From a virus, in the IMG/VR virus record IMGVR_UViG_3300025009_000004, positions 53,662 to 117,661 of that record: a stretch of DNA of 64,000 bases. One strand, given 5' to 3'. Positions within the stretch are counted from its first letter, which is position 1, and the number at the start of each line of letters is the position of its first letter. This document shows positions 46,778 through 57,271 of the stretch, in pieces. The notes beneath the pieces were generated by a model that searched no databases, was not told the origin of the DNA, and was given only the letters and a program-made list of their open reading frames with translations. A program made the translations under genes and the position numbers.

Positions 46778-47606
46778 TCTGCCCCCTTTTAATAAATGAA
46801 AAGTCTATTTCTTGATGTGCGCTTTCAGGAATAATGCCATATATCTTACTACTATCTATTTGTAATCCCTCTTGCCATTTGGACAACAAGAAATCTTGAT
46901 GAATATGACCGCAAACATTATTATTTGCAGTTTGCACTCTATTAACAGGTAGGTTCAAGGCGACCGGAAGATTAAAGCATAATCCCTTTCTTGACACGAA
47001 ATCCTTAAAATATTTTTGCATAGTTGCCTCTAAGGGATTTGGGGCAGTAAACATAATATTATTTAACATTTCTTTAATTTCTTTTGTGCTAAAGATAAAT
47101 TCATTGACCGATAGCGGATAGTTCCAGTTGCAGTCTCCCTTTGACCATTCCCACGATAATATACCGTTCCCTTCGTCTTTAAACAATGGGAGTTTCTGGT
47201 CACATTGTCTGGTGTAGCACTTGGTCAAACAAGTTCCAAGGCGTAATGTAAATATATATTCACTTGGATTAAAATTAAGGCATGTTCTAAAATCGATATC
47301 ATTTATAAAAACATCGTCATCACAGGCAAAGAACATTTTATCTGTTTTAATGCTATCAAAACATTCTAGCGTATATGGCCTAAATTCACTTATATAATTT
47401 TGTTTTATAAACTTAATGGGATATTTCGCCCATATAGATAATAGTTCATTATAGGATTGTTCATGCGCTTCATCGGTCGTTCTATAGATAATATACATAT
47501 ACGGCATAGGCTTTGTTTTTTCAATAATAGATGTTAAAAACAAATGTAGTTGCATCGCTCTATTCATTGAATATACAATAATAGATACATTGTCATTCAT
47601 ATACAA
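46767..47606 (-). CDS. GT-A-fold glycosyltransferase-like protein
   Basis: IIVYSMNRAMQL, CDDDVF (DxD), NWNYPLSV. Confidence 0.6.
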   Translation of the reverse strand: MYMNDNVSIIVYSMNRAMQLHLFLTSIIEKTKPMPYMYIIYRTTDEAHEQSYNELLSIWAKYPIKFIKQNYISEFRPYTLECFDSIKTDKMFFACDDDVFINDIDFRTCLNFNPSEYIFTLRLGTCLTKCYTRQCDQKLPLFKDEGNGILSWEWSKGDCNWNYPLSVNEFIFSTKEIKEMLNNIMFTAPNPLEATMQKYFKDFVSRKGLCFNLPVALNLPVNRVQTANNNVCGHIHQDFLLSKWQEGLQIDSSKIYGIIPESAHQEIDFSFIKRGQIDG

Positions 47607-48397
47607 TCATCGCTCTTTACGAAGTATTTCATGTTCTTATTTAATTCTTTATACATTTCAGCAATGCGAGAGAAACATGCTTTCATCGTATGTTGCCATT
47701 GAGACGAACGAGTGTTTTGTTCTCCAGAATGAGTCCTATACAAATATAATCTCTCAGGGATAGACCCCATTTTAATATTCATTGCTGCCAATCTGAGCCA
47801 TAACTCATAGTCAGCACCACCAAGCATAGCATTATTATAGTGAACTAAACCATCATAAACAAGTTTAGCATTAAAAATAACGGAAGGATCAATAAAAAAA
47901 TCAGACGTGGGGGTTTTCATGAATAACATATTAATATCATCGGTATGATTTGCATATTCCCAGGTATTGCTTTTAACCGACCCATCGTCTTTAATTAGAA
48001 TGCCCCAAGTTCCGCATACACTAATCTTTTTATCTATCATATGATTAATCTGGCGCTCTATCTTGTCTTCGTGCCACATGTCATCTGCATCAATTCTTGC
48101 AATGTAATCATATCTACAATTCCATGATAGTCCTATTACATGGTTAATAATATAATTTAACCCACCAGACAGCCCGCGCCGAGTATTATCTTTCAAGATA
48201 ATAATGCGTGAATCATCTGGTGGGATATAACCATTGTCAGCGCCGTCAAACCAAACAAATAACTTTAAATCGTGACTTGTCTTTTGATTTAATACAGACA
48301 TAATCGCATCATCTAACCACTTAGAATTTGGGTTATATGCTGGCAAAATAACGGCAACCTTCATGTTATTATTTCCTTCCTTTTTTCGATTTAGCAA
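47597..48397 (-). CDS. Family 2 glycosyltransferase
   Basis: VILPAYN, GLSGGLN, YIARIDADD, DYELWLR; likely start at 48364. Confidence 0.9.
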   Translation of the reverse strand: MLNRKKEGNNNMKVAVILPAYNPNSKWLDDAIMSVLNQKTSHDLKLFVWFDGADNGYIPPDDSRIIILKDNTRRGLSGGLNYIINHVIGLSWNCRYDYIARIDADDMWHEDKIERQINHMIDKKISVCGTWGILIKDDGSVKSNTWEYANHTDDINMLFMKTPTSDFFIDPSVIFNAKLVYDGLVHYNNAMLGGADYELWLRLAAMNIKMGSIPERLYLYRTHSGEQNTRSSQWQHTMKACFSRIAEMYKELNKNMKYFVKSDDCI

Positions 48398-49070
48398 AAC
48401 GCTTAACTTGTTCTTCTTGTTTTGCTTCTTCTTTCGTCTCTATTTTTGCTTCTTCTTTTATTTCTTCTGAAATAACAATAGGTTGTTCGACAAAATCTGA
48501 CTCTATTTTTAATTCCGGTTCAACTATCGGAATCGGCTCTATATAAACATAGTGATTCGTGGGTTCAGCGATAGGCTCTTCTACCACAACTGGAGCAACG
48601 ACAGGCGATATAACTTCTTCTGCTATTGATATCTCTTTTATTGTAGGAATTTCTACGATCTGAACCGGAACTGGTTTCAGTGCCGGCTTAAAAACATTTA
48701 ACGGCTCAATCACTAAGCACATATGATTGCCAATAGTAATTGTAGAGTTAATCATATAATTGCCTAACTGCAATAAGACATTATTAGTAACGGCAATCTT
48801 TTTTGCAAGGGTTAGCCTATCTTGTATAAAATCTACCGGCGCATTTATAAATATAAGCATATCAAGTTTGCCACGATAATCATTTAATTCGCGCATAAAC
48901 TTTATATGAACGTCGGTTCCCTTTGTAGTCCTCTGAATGTCGCGCTCATATTCTTCTTTGACAAAAGCAAATACATTATCGTATGGTAAATTTCGCCTTG
49001 ATTCTATTATATTATCAATATTATCTTTAAATGTTACAATTCCTATGTTTTGCATTAATTCACCTTCCAT
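48369..49070 (-). CDS. Hypothetical protein with Pro/Glu/Val-rich low-complexity C-terminal half
   Basis: PVVAPVVVEEPIAEP...EEAKIETKEEAKQEE. Confidence 0.6.
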   Translation of the reverse strand: MEGELMQNIGIVTFKDNIDNIIESRRNLPYDNVFAFVKEEYERDIQRTTKGTDVHIKFMRELNDYRGKLDMLIFINAPVDFIQDRLTLAKKIAVTNNVLLQLGNYMINSTITIGNHMCLVIEPLNVFKPALKPVPVQIVEIPTIKEISIAEEVISPVVAPVVVEEPIAEPTNHYVYIEPIPIVEPELKIESDFVEQPIVISEEIKEEAKIETKEEAKQEEQVKRFAKSKKGRK

Positions 49071-49071
49071 T

Positions 49072-50205
49072 TTATCTTTGTTTCTCTATTATAGCAACTA
49101 CATCTTCCCAAGTCAACCCTTTTAAATACTGTTTGCAATCTATATCTGTTCCTGCTTGCCAATTACTATATGTCTCTCTCAAGCAAGTTTTGATATGACT
49201 TATATTAGGTTCAAAATATCTAAATACAGTGCCTTCTGCTCCGCCACCGTCAGGGAAATGATGTCTCCCACTTTTCTTATTCGTCCAGCTCATAGTACCG
49301 CCCACCCAGAAAGGGTAGTCCTCTTTGATATAATCAAGTGGTCCATGATATTCAGATATGATAATCGGCACATTACATGCCAACGACTCTAATCCTATCA
49401 TCCCAAATCCATCTCCACGATGAGGAGACATTATTAGATTACATGACCTATAAAAGTCTGCCATTTCCTGCACGTTACAGTTCTTCTCATAGTAAAATAT
49501 CTTTAGTTGCTTCTCAGGATATTTATTCATAATTTTAAGAAGAAATGGGTAATACATCCCATGCTTATCACTGGGGGATTTTCTTTCAATTGTTTGAAGC
49601 CATAACTCAACTGTATCTTCAGCGATAAACTCATCAATAAATGCATCAATGGCTAAATCAGCGCCCTTGAAATCGCATATCGCGTTGCACATTCCTACTT
49701 TAAATACTTTGTTATTATTCGGTTTAGGATAGAACAAAGTTTTTTCATATCCATGAGGCACGACAACAATAGGCTTATCGCATAAGCGAGTTGCTTTTAT
49801 TGAATCAGCGTTAGCTTGAGATGGCGTCCATACTTCATCGTATTTATTACATTCTTTGGCCCATTCTTCGGGATAGTTCGCATGTGACCATACGGTATAA
49901 AATATATGTTTCTTTGCTTTTATTTTATCATCTCTGCGATTAAATATAGAGCCTACAGGAAAGTATATCGCCATATCATACTCATCGGAATATAGATTCT
50001 CTACATATATTCCTTTCATAACTTCTGCCGCATCGCTTAGATGAGGCATATATTTCTTACACTGTTCTTCTATAGATACCGTTTTAGTCTCCATGGCATT
50101 TACATGGACGGTATGGCCTTTTTTAATAAGATGATATATTAAGTGCGTATTAACATTGCTATATGAGAAATGGCCAAATATAAGGCCAGTAAGGGCAATT
50201 TTCAT
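49072..50205 (-). CDS. Family 4 (GT-B) glycosyltransferase
   Basis: DEVWTPS, VVPHG, KGADL, RGDGFGMIGLESLAC. Confidence 0.88.
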   Translation of the reverse strand: MKIALTGLIFGHFSYSNVNTHLIYHLIKKGHTVHVNAMETKTVSIEEQCKKYMPHLSDAAEVMKGIYVENLYSDEYDMAIYFPVGSIFNRRDDKIKAKKHIFYTVWSHANYPEEWAKECNKYDEVWTPSQANADSIKATRLCDKPIVVVPHGYEKTLFYPKPNNNKVFKVGMCNAICDFKGADLAIDAFIDEFIAEDTVELWLQTIERKSPSDKHGMYYPFLLKIMNKYPEKQLKIFYYEKNCNVQEMADFYRSCNLIMSPHRGDGFGMIGLESLACNVPIIISEYHGPLDYIKEDYPFWVGGTMSWTNKKSGRHHFPDGGGAEGTVFRYFEPNISHIKTCLRETYSNWQAGTDIDCKQYLKGLTWEDVVAIIEKQR

Positions 50206-50206
50206 T

Positions 50207-51175
50207 TTATAACCCCGCTTCCTTTAAATCATGATCTACCATTTCTTTAATTAATTCATTAAAAGAAATCTTAGGTGTCCATCCGAGAACAGTTCTTGCC
50301 TTTGTAGCATCGCCAATAAGCAAATCTACCTCTGCCGGTCGTGTTAAATTACTATCAAATTTGACATAATCTTCAACTTTAAGCCCAGCGTATTCAAATG
50401 CTTTATGTAAAAATTCATTAACGCTATGTGTTTCTCCAGTCGCTAAAACGTAATCGTCAGGCTTGTCCTGCTGCAACATTAAGTACATTCCAAGGATATA
50501 ATCGAGTGAATGCCCCCAGTCTCTTTTAGAATCTAAATTTCCAAGGAGCAGTTCTTTTTGCTTGCCGAGCTTTATATTTGCAATTGCTTTTGTTATTTTA
50601 CGAGTTACAAACTCTTCGGAACGCCTGGGACTACTGTGGTTAAACAGGATTCCATTACAGATAAACATGCCATATGACTCTCTATAATTGACACACATCC
50701 AGTACGCGTACATCTTCGCAACCCCATATGGACTACGAGGGTAAAATGGAGTTTTCTCTGTCTGCGGAACTTGCTGAACTTTCCCAAACATCTCCGAAGA
50801 TGACGCTTGATATATTCTTATTTTAGGGTTATGTTGCCTCGCTGCCTCTAATAATCTTGTTACGCCAACGCCAGTTACGTCTGCTGTAAATTCTGGCATG
50901 TCAAAGCTAACTCTAACATGGCTCTGCCCCGCTAGGTTATAAATTTCATCAGGGTCAGATTCCCTAATCGCGGCATGTAATGATGGCGTATCTGACAAGT
51001 CTCCATTTAAAATTACAAAGTTTTCATTATCTAGTAAATGCTTAATGCGATTAACATTAGTTGCTGAACTTGAGCGCCTAACTAACCCAAATACTTTATA
51101 TCCTTTTTCTAATAATAATTCGGCTAAATAACTTCCGTCCTGGCCTGTACAACCAGTAATTAAAGCTCTTTTCAT
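50207..51175 (-). CDS. gmd: GDP-mannose 4,6-dehydratase
   Basis: [50 protein letters not shown]. Confidence 0.97.
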   Translation of the reverse strand: MKRALITGCTGQDGSYLAELLLEKGYKVFGLVRRSSSATNVNRIKHLLDNENFVILNGDLSDTPSLHAAIRESDPDEIYNLAGQSHVRVSFDMPEFTADVTGVGVTRLLEAARQHNPKIRIYQASSSEMFGKVQQVPQTEKTPFYPRSPYGVAKMYAYWMCVNYRESYGMFICNGILFNHSSPRRSEEFVTRKITKAIANIKLGKQKELLLGNLDSKRDWGHSLDYILGMYLMLQQDKPDDYVLATGETHSVNEFLHKAFEYAGLKVEDYVKFDSNLTRPAEVDLLIGDATKARTVLGWTPKISFNELIKEMVDHDLKEAGL

Positions 51176-52281
51176 CCCTGTGCCACCGCCTTTATTAAGT
51201 TCATAGTTTCGTTTATCTTTTCACCTTTTAAATCAAACTGGTCTTTAAACATTTTAGCGCCTATCTCCCATTTATCTCTCTGCTGATTGACTACCATGTT
51301 CATCATCTTAAAAGATAAATCTTTTGCATCTGTATCAATCCACATCATATTTCCATTGTAATGAGGATTATGCGGGAACCTCCACGCAGGAATTAATGTT
51401 GACTTAACGGTTACAGCTAAATTATCGTTTATATAGTCGATTTGACCGCCACGGCTAGGGCATATAATAGGTAGACCATGTGACATCGCCTCTAAATAAG
51501 GAATGCCACAGCCTTCACCTCTGGATGGCAATACAAACGCATCAGCAAACTTATATAAATGCCAGACTTCTCTTATGTCCATAATGTCGTTAATAAGCAT
51601 TACAGGACACTTGCCGGCAGTGCGATGTCTCTCTGCATTAATTTGCGCCAAGATAGATGAAGTTGATTCCACCTGAGAAAAGCAACATGTTTTAATAACA
51701 AGCGATATATCCTCGTAATCAGCAAATACATCATAGAATGATTTAAGCAGAATATCCCAACCTTTGCGTGGGGTCCACTCTGAATTAGCAAAGAATACAA
51801 AGCTGGATTTTTCTCTAAGTTTAATTAATTCTTGCAGCGTATCATTATTCGTAAATCTTGATGATTCAACGATCTGCTTCGTATCAACCGGCATTGCAAT
51901 TGCCCTAACAGGAACTCTTACACCAGAATGTATAAACGCAGCCTGACTATAATAACTTGTAGTCCATACCTCATCTGCTTCATTACATTTAGCGACCCAA
52001 TCGGGCGCCACGCTATCCGTCTCCGCGAATGTCATCAGTATATTTTTCTTGGTGCCAAGTCTTTTAAAACAGGGCGGAACTACATTCTGCACTATAATGT
52101 CATACTCATATCCTTCTGCTGCTTCCCACTGTTGCATTATATCTTTTTCTGGATAATCTTTATGCCCAAGCGTTAAGAACTTAGTTGTCATTCCATTAGC
52201 ATTAAGCGCCTTTATAAACTCACGAGAGTTACGCGCATATCCTGACTGCTCATGTATTCCATAAAGCCATAAAACATTCAT
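51172..52281 (-). CDS. Family 4 (GT-B) glycosyltransferase
   Basis: [36 protein letters not shown]. Confidence 0.9.
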   Translation of the reverse strand: MNVLWLYGIHEQSGYARNSREFIKALNANGMTTKFLTLGHKDYPEKDIMQQWEAAEGYEYDIIVQNVVPPCFKRLGTKKNILMTFAETDSVAPDWVAKCNEADEVWTTSYYSQAAFIHSGVRVPVRAIAMPVDTKQIVESSRFTNNDTLQELIKLREKSSFVFFANSEWTPRKGWDILLKSFYDVFADYEDISLVIKTCCFSQVESTSSILAQINAERHRTAGKCPVMLINDIMDIREVWHLYKFADAFVLPSRGEGCGIPYLEAMSHGLPIICPSRGGQIDYINDNLAVTVKSTLIPAWRFPHNPHYNGNMMWIDTDAKDLSFKMMNMVVNQQRDKWEIGAKMFKDQFDLKGEKINETMNLIKAVAQG

Positions 52282-53519
52282 TATTCTACCACCTGGACTT
52301 TCTTGTTTTTACCCACACACTCTTTAATTACATCCGCGAACTGAGGGGCTATATTATCCCAATCCAACGCTTTAGCAGCGTTAAATGCCATATCATAAAT
52401 GCCTTTGTTATATTCATCCGCGTCCTGTTCCATTACACAATTATAATATGTATCTGCAAGCGCCTGTGCTAATACTTTGCAATTCGGCGTAAATCTTATC
52501 TGTTCCATATCCATGCCAAACCATGTAGGAGGCTGGCCATCCGTGGGAACCAATACCATAGGGAATGTCTTACTTAACTCATGCTGAACTGAATTATCCA
52601 TTGCAATTGTAGGCTTACCACAGGCCGCTGCGTTAATCGTGGGAAGGCCATAGCCCTCGCCAATTGATATTAAACAGTTAACATCCATCATGTTATAAAT
52701 CAGGTTCATTTCTTCATCGGGCAAGCCAAATGCTGAGTTTGTCTGAATTATAACAATATCGTTATCTTTGGCGCCGGCTACCTTAGCCATATTCTCTAAG
52801 TTAAACTGGCCTCGCGCATGCGTAGGACATAAAACAAGAATAGGTTCTCTTGTGAATTTAATTCCACTTTTATATTTGAATATCGTAAATGCCTGTATCA
52901 GTTCGGGATATCTTTTACGTTCGAAATTCTTCGCTACCATCCCAAATATGAAAGCGTCTTCATTCTGGTCTCCAAGCATATATTTCTTATAGTGTTTAAT
53001 TATGTCCTTTTCCACGGGTTTAAAAATCTTTGTATTAACGCCATAGCTTATAACTTTACATTTAAGACTTGGCATTATTTTATTGATTTCTTGCTTCTGC
53101 CATTCCGTAGGGAATATAACAGCGTCCATATGATTAAGGGCATCTCTCCACCTTGCTATAGGAGTACCATCAAATGTTATGTAGCCTATCCATGAACATG
53201 TGTCTAATCTTGCGCCAAGTATCTTCTGATACAACGGCATAACATGGCCATCGTTAAGTGTAAATAATATATCAGGCTTAACCTTATCAAATACCTCTGC
53301 AATCTCCCCTAATGCATATGTAGTTTTACATTCATAAATAGGAAAATAAATAGGATAAACAGGGTCAGGGCATTCGCGATTAACAGCAAGAACATGGAAC
53401 TCGAAATCATCCCCGCCAACAAGCCTATGCAATATATTCTTATTTACTTCTGCAAATCCCGTAGGGCAATTATAATCTCCAACCCATAATACCTTAATCC
53501 TTTTTGTCCCCATCGCCAT
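52281..53519 (-). CDS. Family 4 (GT-B) glycosyltransferase
   Basis: PTGFAEV, NFERKRY, GEGYGLPTINAAACG. Confidence 0.88.
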   Translation of the reverse strand: MAMGTKRIKVLWVGDYNCPTGFAEVNKNILHRLVGGDDFEFHVLAVNRECPDPVYPIYFPIYECKTTYALGEIAEVFDKVKPDILFTLNDGHVMPLYQKILGARLDTCSWIGYITFDGTPIARWRDALNHMDAVIFPTEWQKQEINKIMPSLKCKVISYGVNTKIFKPVEKDIIKHYKKYMLGDQNEDAFIFGMVAKNFERKRYPELIQAFTIFKYKSGIKFTREPILVLCPTHARGQFNLENMAKVAGAKDNDIVIIQTNSAFGLPDEEMNLIYNMMDVNCLISIGEGYGLPTINAAACGKPTIAMDNSVQHELSKTFPMVLVPTDGQPPTWFGMDMEQIRFTPNCKVLAQALADTYYNCVMEQDADEYNKGIYDMAFNAAKALDWDNIAPQFADVIKECVGKNKKVQVVE

Positions 53520-53694
53520 TCCCCTCCTCTTTTTTCTCCGGTTCTTTGACTTCTTCTTTCTTCAGCGCCGGCTGGATTGTCTCACAAAATTTATCATACG
53601 ATGGAAACATTTCTTGGAACTTTTTATTTGTTTTAGTAGTATTATCATATTTGTCTTTTATAAACAGATCTTCTTTCACCCATTCCCCGCTCAT
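53494..53694 (-). CDS. Small charged hypothetical protein
   Basis: GGAGG RBS; overlaps the GT4 start. Confidence 0.55.
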   Translation of the reverse strand: MSGEWVKEDLFIKDKYDNTTKTNKKFQEMFPSYDKFCETIQPALKKEEVKEPEKKEEGNGDGDKKD

Positions 53695-53703
53695 AACGCC
53701 CTC

Positions 53704-54201
53704 CTATCTGACTTTTGCTGCCTTTAAAAGTTCTTCTACTTTCTTAATTGTGCTATGTAATTTCTTGTATTTGTCTTCCTGCACGAGTGAATAAATACGT
53801 TTAAGGAAGGTTCTCTTTTTAATCTCTGCTACTTTATTAAGGAACTCAACATCATCAAGCGCCATGAGATTTTCTAAATCATCATTATTTGATAAGTCAA
53901 GTGCATCAGCAGACTTTACACTTACCGCCGTTAATTCTTTTAATCTCTTGTCATCGATCTGCACCATTGTGCCATCCATCATGATTGAGCGGTTCTGATT
54001 GCTTACAACTTCAATATCGGTAAGTTCAATGAAATCGCCAGGTTTCAGCGTAATATCCCTGCCGTCTGATTTCGAGAAACCAACCATATCGTTCTCAGAT
54101 GCCTTCGGGTTAAACATATACCATTTCTTCTGTGATTTAGTTAAATTAGGGTTCATGTCTTGATAGAGTTTCATGTATCTTGTCTCCTTCATAATATTCA
54201 T
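53704..54201 (-). CDS. Hypothetical protein, first gene of the post-capsid cassette
   Basis: Likely start ATG 54174 after AAGGAGA. Confidence 0.6.
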   Translation of the reverse strand: MNIMKETRYMKLYQDMNPNLTKSQKKWYMFNPKASENDMVGFSKSDGRDITLKPGDFIELTDIEVVSNQNRSIMMDGTMVQIDDKRLKELTAVSVKSADALDLSNNDDLENLMALDDVEFLNKVAEIKKRTFLKRIYSLVQEDKYKKLHSTIKKVEELLKAAKVR

Positions 54202-54212
54202 TTTATACTATT

Positions 54213-54241
54213 ATCTTATCAAACCTTTTATTGAATGTCAA
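54213..54241 (-). promoter_or_regulatory. Sigma70-type promoter heading the glycosylation cassette
   Basis: TTGACA-17 bp-TAAGAT, just downstream of the capsid terminator. Confidence 0.7.
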
Positions 54242-54261
54242 GTCATATTTATATAATTCCA

Positions 54262-54299
54262 ATAAAAATAGCCCTATGAGTCGAAACCCATAGAGCTAT
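54262..54299 (-). terminator. Intrinsic terminator after the major capsid gene
   Basis: ATAGCTCTATGGGT-TTCG-ACTCATAGGGCTAT, followed by TTTTATT. Confidence 0.85.
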
Positions 54300-54337
54300 C
54301 GGGTGAAATTAGCGATGTTTAGTCGCTATCGGGGAAA

Positions 54338-55267
54338 TTACGATATATTGTATACGCCGACTTTCTTTTCATCAACGATTATCGCTGCATAGTCGAAGAA
54401 CGTATTTTTAACTTCTGCGCCTAAAAGGACCTCCTGGCCGGACATAGTCTGAACGGGATTTTCACCATCGTAGCCAGCTTTTTCACCAAGGAGTATAAGC
54501 TGATCGGCAGGAATTTGAGCCGTTTCAAATTTGGCACCAGCGGCGTCAACTATGGTCGTTCTATAGTCTTTGAGACCGATAAGTTTCGCGCCACGATACT
54601 GACCGAATACGCCCATTTCGATTTCGCGAAGGGTTGCTTCCGACCAGCCAGAGAAACCCATAATCTGAGTGATTAAGGATTCGCGACCGATTATCGTGTT
54701 AACCGAACCCGATACATCCTGCATGGTAGCCATGATGGCGTCGAGATTGGTTTTGTTAACGGTAGCTGCCGATATGTATATCGGGTCGCCAGTGGTTATC
54801 GTAGCTTTTACGAGTTCCCAGATATATTTGAATTTGCGCAGACCAAGTTTGAAACGAATTTCAGCAGCGTCTTCCAGAAGTTTTACAACATTCTGAGTGC
54901 GAACTGCGTTAACGTCGATTTTGGATGCGAACGAAAAACGATTCAGTTTGGTCGATACGCGATCAATATACGCCTGAGACAGAATTGCCGAGGAGCCTAT
55001 TTCATGCATATACGCGATTCCGCCGTAGCCGAGTTCTACGTCGAGGATGTCGCCATTGACCGTGCCAGGATTAAACAGTAAGGAGCTGAGGTCTAACAGC
55101 GAGGGATTTGATTCGATATAGTCGTTAACTACGAACGTGCCGGCTTTAACTAACTCATCGTGCGATGCGTCTTTTGCATCTTTTAAAACTTCTTTGTAAG
55201 ATGCTACTATGGTTTCGATGCTTTCTTTATCTTTTTTGGTTAAATAATTGGTTCTCATTCTATTCAC
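54338..55267 (-). CDS. Major capsid protein (HK97 fold)
   Basis: 309 aa after protease/scaffold/decoration genes; followed by a strong terminator; GVFGQYRGAKLI P-domain-like motif. Confidence 0.8.
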   Translation of the reverse strand: MNRMRTNYLTKKDKESIETIVASYKEVLKDAKDASHDELVKAGTFVVNDYIESNPSLLDLSSLLFNPGTVNGDILDVELGYGGIAYMHEIGSSAILSQAYIDRVSTKLNRFSFASKIDVNAVRTQNVVKLLEDAAEIRFKLGLRKFKYIWELVKATITTGDPIYISAATVNKTNLDAIMATMQDVSGSVNTIIGRESLITQIMGFSGWSEATLREIEMGVFGQYRGAKLIGLKDYRTTIVDAAGAKFETAQIPADQLILLGEKAGYDGENPVQTMSGQEVLLGAEVKNTFFDYAAIIVDEKKVGVYNIS

Positions 55268-55289
55268 TCACTTTCATTTTATTCGTTAA

Positions 55290-55742
55290 TTAGATCATGA
55301 AGTCAACGTCTGCTACGAGGATACCAGAATTGGTATTGCCCACGAAGGAAACGAAACGCATAAAGGTCGTAGTATTAGCGGCAGACGAGCCAACTTTTGC
55401 TACTTTACCAGAATTGGTTATGCCAAGGTAAGCGCCAACGGTTTCGGTTGCGAAGTTGTCCGTAGGCAGATTTAAATTCGGGGTGCTAAATTCTACGCGA
55501 CATGCGTTAGAAAGACGAACCTGGTCGCCAGCGGCGATTACATTCGAGAAACCAGCATACTGGCAAGAAAATTCAGGGTTTTTGACAGCTAAAAATCTAG
55601 CGGTTGCTGCGGTGCTAGCATCAGTCGGAGTTGCGGCCTCGCCATCGGAATTGATGTATACGAAATCGCCAGATATCATAGCGGCATGTGCTACTGCGTA
55701 TTTTTCATTTTTCGGTTCATTTAAAAGTCTCATTACTCTCAC
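55290..55742 (-). CDS. Capsid decoration/cement protein
   Basis: 150 aa, Ala/Gly/Thr-rich (GDFVYINSDG, IAAGDQV); directly upstream of the capsid gene. Confidence 0.65.
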   Translation of the reverse strand: MRVMRLLNEPKNEKYAVAHAAMISGDFVYINSDGEAATPTDASTAATARFLAVKNPEFSCQYAGFSNVIAAGDQVRLSNACRVEFSTPNLNLPTDNFATETVGAYLGITNSGKVAKVGSSAANTTTFMRFVSFVGNTNSGILVADVDFMI

Positions 55743-55757
55743 TCACTTTCAATTATT

Positions 55758-56354
55758 TTACTTTGATATTTTATCGATAGCTTTCTTGCTAACGGTTCTG
55801 AATTTCTCAGAGAACGACATTTTTTCGCTTAAGTCCATCTCAGAGGCGCCACCAGTATTAGCAACGATAGTCGCTAATTCCTCTTGGCCTTTCTGAATGT
55901 CTACTTTTTTACTTTCAATAACTTTTTTCTGTTCAGCAACGGCAACTTCGGAGAACGTAGCGAGCATAGTCTCGAACCCTTCTTCGTTAACAGAAACGGC
56001 CATAGCTATTGCTTTTTCGCTAGTCACTCCGGCTTTAGCCAACTCTTCTTTTCTACGATTAACTTCAGCTTCTTTTCTTATAGAGGCTTGTACGAGTTCT
56101 TTTTCTGTTTTTTCAACATAGGCGCTACATTCGCTTATGATTTTTTCCGTTTCAAAAGTATCGCATTTTGCAGAAACAGATTCTAATTTTGCCTCTAATT
56201 CAGCGGTTTTAGCATTAGCAGCAGTAACAGATTCTACAGACGCTGCGTTTGCCGATTTAAGTTCGTCAAGAACAATCGGATCAATGACAACTTTATCGTC
56301 AAGCAGTTTTGTATTTTCTGCTATCTTAGCTAATATTGCTTCAAAGTCTTTCAT
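55758..56354 (-). CDS. Scaffolding protein
   Basis: Glu/Lys/Ala-rich coiled coil between the protease and capsid genes. Confidence 0.65.
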   Translation of the reverse strand: MKDFEAILAKIAENTKLLDDKVVIDPIVLDELKSANAASVESVTAANAKTAELEAKLESVSAKCDTFETEKIISECSAYVEKTEKELVQASIRKEAEVNRRKEELAKAGVTSEKAIAMAVSVNEEGFETMLATFSEVAVAEQKKVIESKKVDIQKGQEELATIVANTGGASEMDLSEKMSFSEKFRTVSKKAIDKISK

Positions 56355-56362
56355 TTTATCAC

Positions 56363-57271
56363 CTATCTTATTTTAGATTTAATTAATTTATTCAGTTCTT
56401 CAACTGCCTGTGCTAAACGCACAACCTCTGTTTTGCTGGCCGCGATTAATGCTTTGCTTTCTCCGAATGCCGGCTTATCTGTGACGCCCTCGCCAATAGG
56501 AATAAAGTTGGTCATTATTCTGCTTACTTGTGACCCAGGCTCGAAACGAGCCTTCAAGTGAGAACAATAATGATCTTTTTTCATATTAACTAAAGCAGGG
56601 TATTCGTTGCCACATTCTGAACAAGCTACCTTTGCTACTATTATTTCAAAACTAAATTTTAAATTTCTTCTTTTATACCTATTTTTTACTTCTTCTACAA
56701 AGCCAGCACATTCTGGTCTAGCTTCCCAAAACCGAGTATTTAAAAGCATAATATTAGTCGGATAGTGGACTGTCGCGTTAATTACTGATCCGATTAGTAT
56801 CTCCATATCGTGCTTCCAAGTACACCCTTGCCCAACCACGGATTTTAAATAATAATCAATTTTATCCATAGGAACAAGGTCTTTATTTTGATTCCGTTCT
56901 CCAAACTTTAATAAAGAGTGACCAACAGTAAAAGAACCGACAACTGGACTAAACCCATAATTCACTTGGGTTAACATCTCGTCCATAGTTGAATTTGCAC
57001 TTGTATCGGTCGATAATGAATTGAAAATATTTGCATTGCATAGCTCTTCTATCTCATCATCTTTCATGTCAAGAAGCATGCTTTTCATAGCTTCGCTAAC
57101 TGAAGCGTCTGATTCCTCAAGTATCTCTTTTATGTCTTCTCTCTTTTTGCCCTTCGCCCATTCTTTGCATTTAGCTTTAGTTTCTTCTCTTTTACATTTT
57201 GCTTCATCTATATAATGGGTTTCAAGGCCATCAGCAATCGTAACTTCATAATTTTCAAAATCTATCTTCAT
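56363..57271 (-). CDS. Prohead protease
   Basis: NQNKD...WKH..IGSV...KFSFEI...CSECG...GVTDKPAF; follows the portal. Confidence 0.7.
   Translation of the reverse strand: MKIDFENYEVTIADGLETHYIDEAKCKREETKAKCKEWAKGKKREDIKEILEESDASVSEAMKSMLLDMKDDEIEELCNANIFNSLSTDTSANSTMDEMLTQVNYGFSPVVGSFTVGHSLLKFGERNQNKDLVPMDKIDYYLKSVVGQGCTWKHDMEILIGSVINATVHYPTNIMLLNTRFWEARPECAGFVEEVKNRYKRRNLKFSFEIIVAKVACSECGNEYPALVNMKKDHYCSHLKARFEPGSQVSRIMTNFIPIGEGVTDKPAFGESKALIAASKTEVVRLAQAVEELNKLIKSKIR

Noticed and set aside
45475-53519. Host O-antigen/capsule locus or Gtr-type serotype conversion cassette
   Set aside because: Embedded co-directionally in the virion operon with phage-type promoters; lacks wzx/wzy, gtrA/B and membrane proteins.
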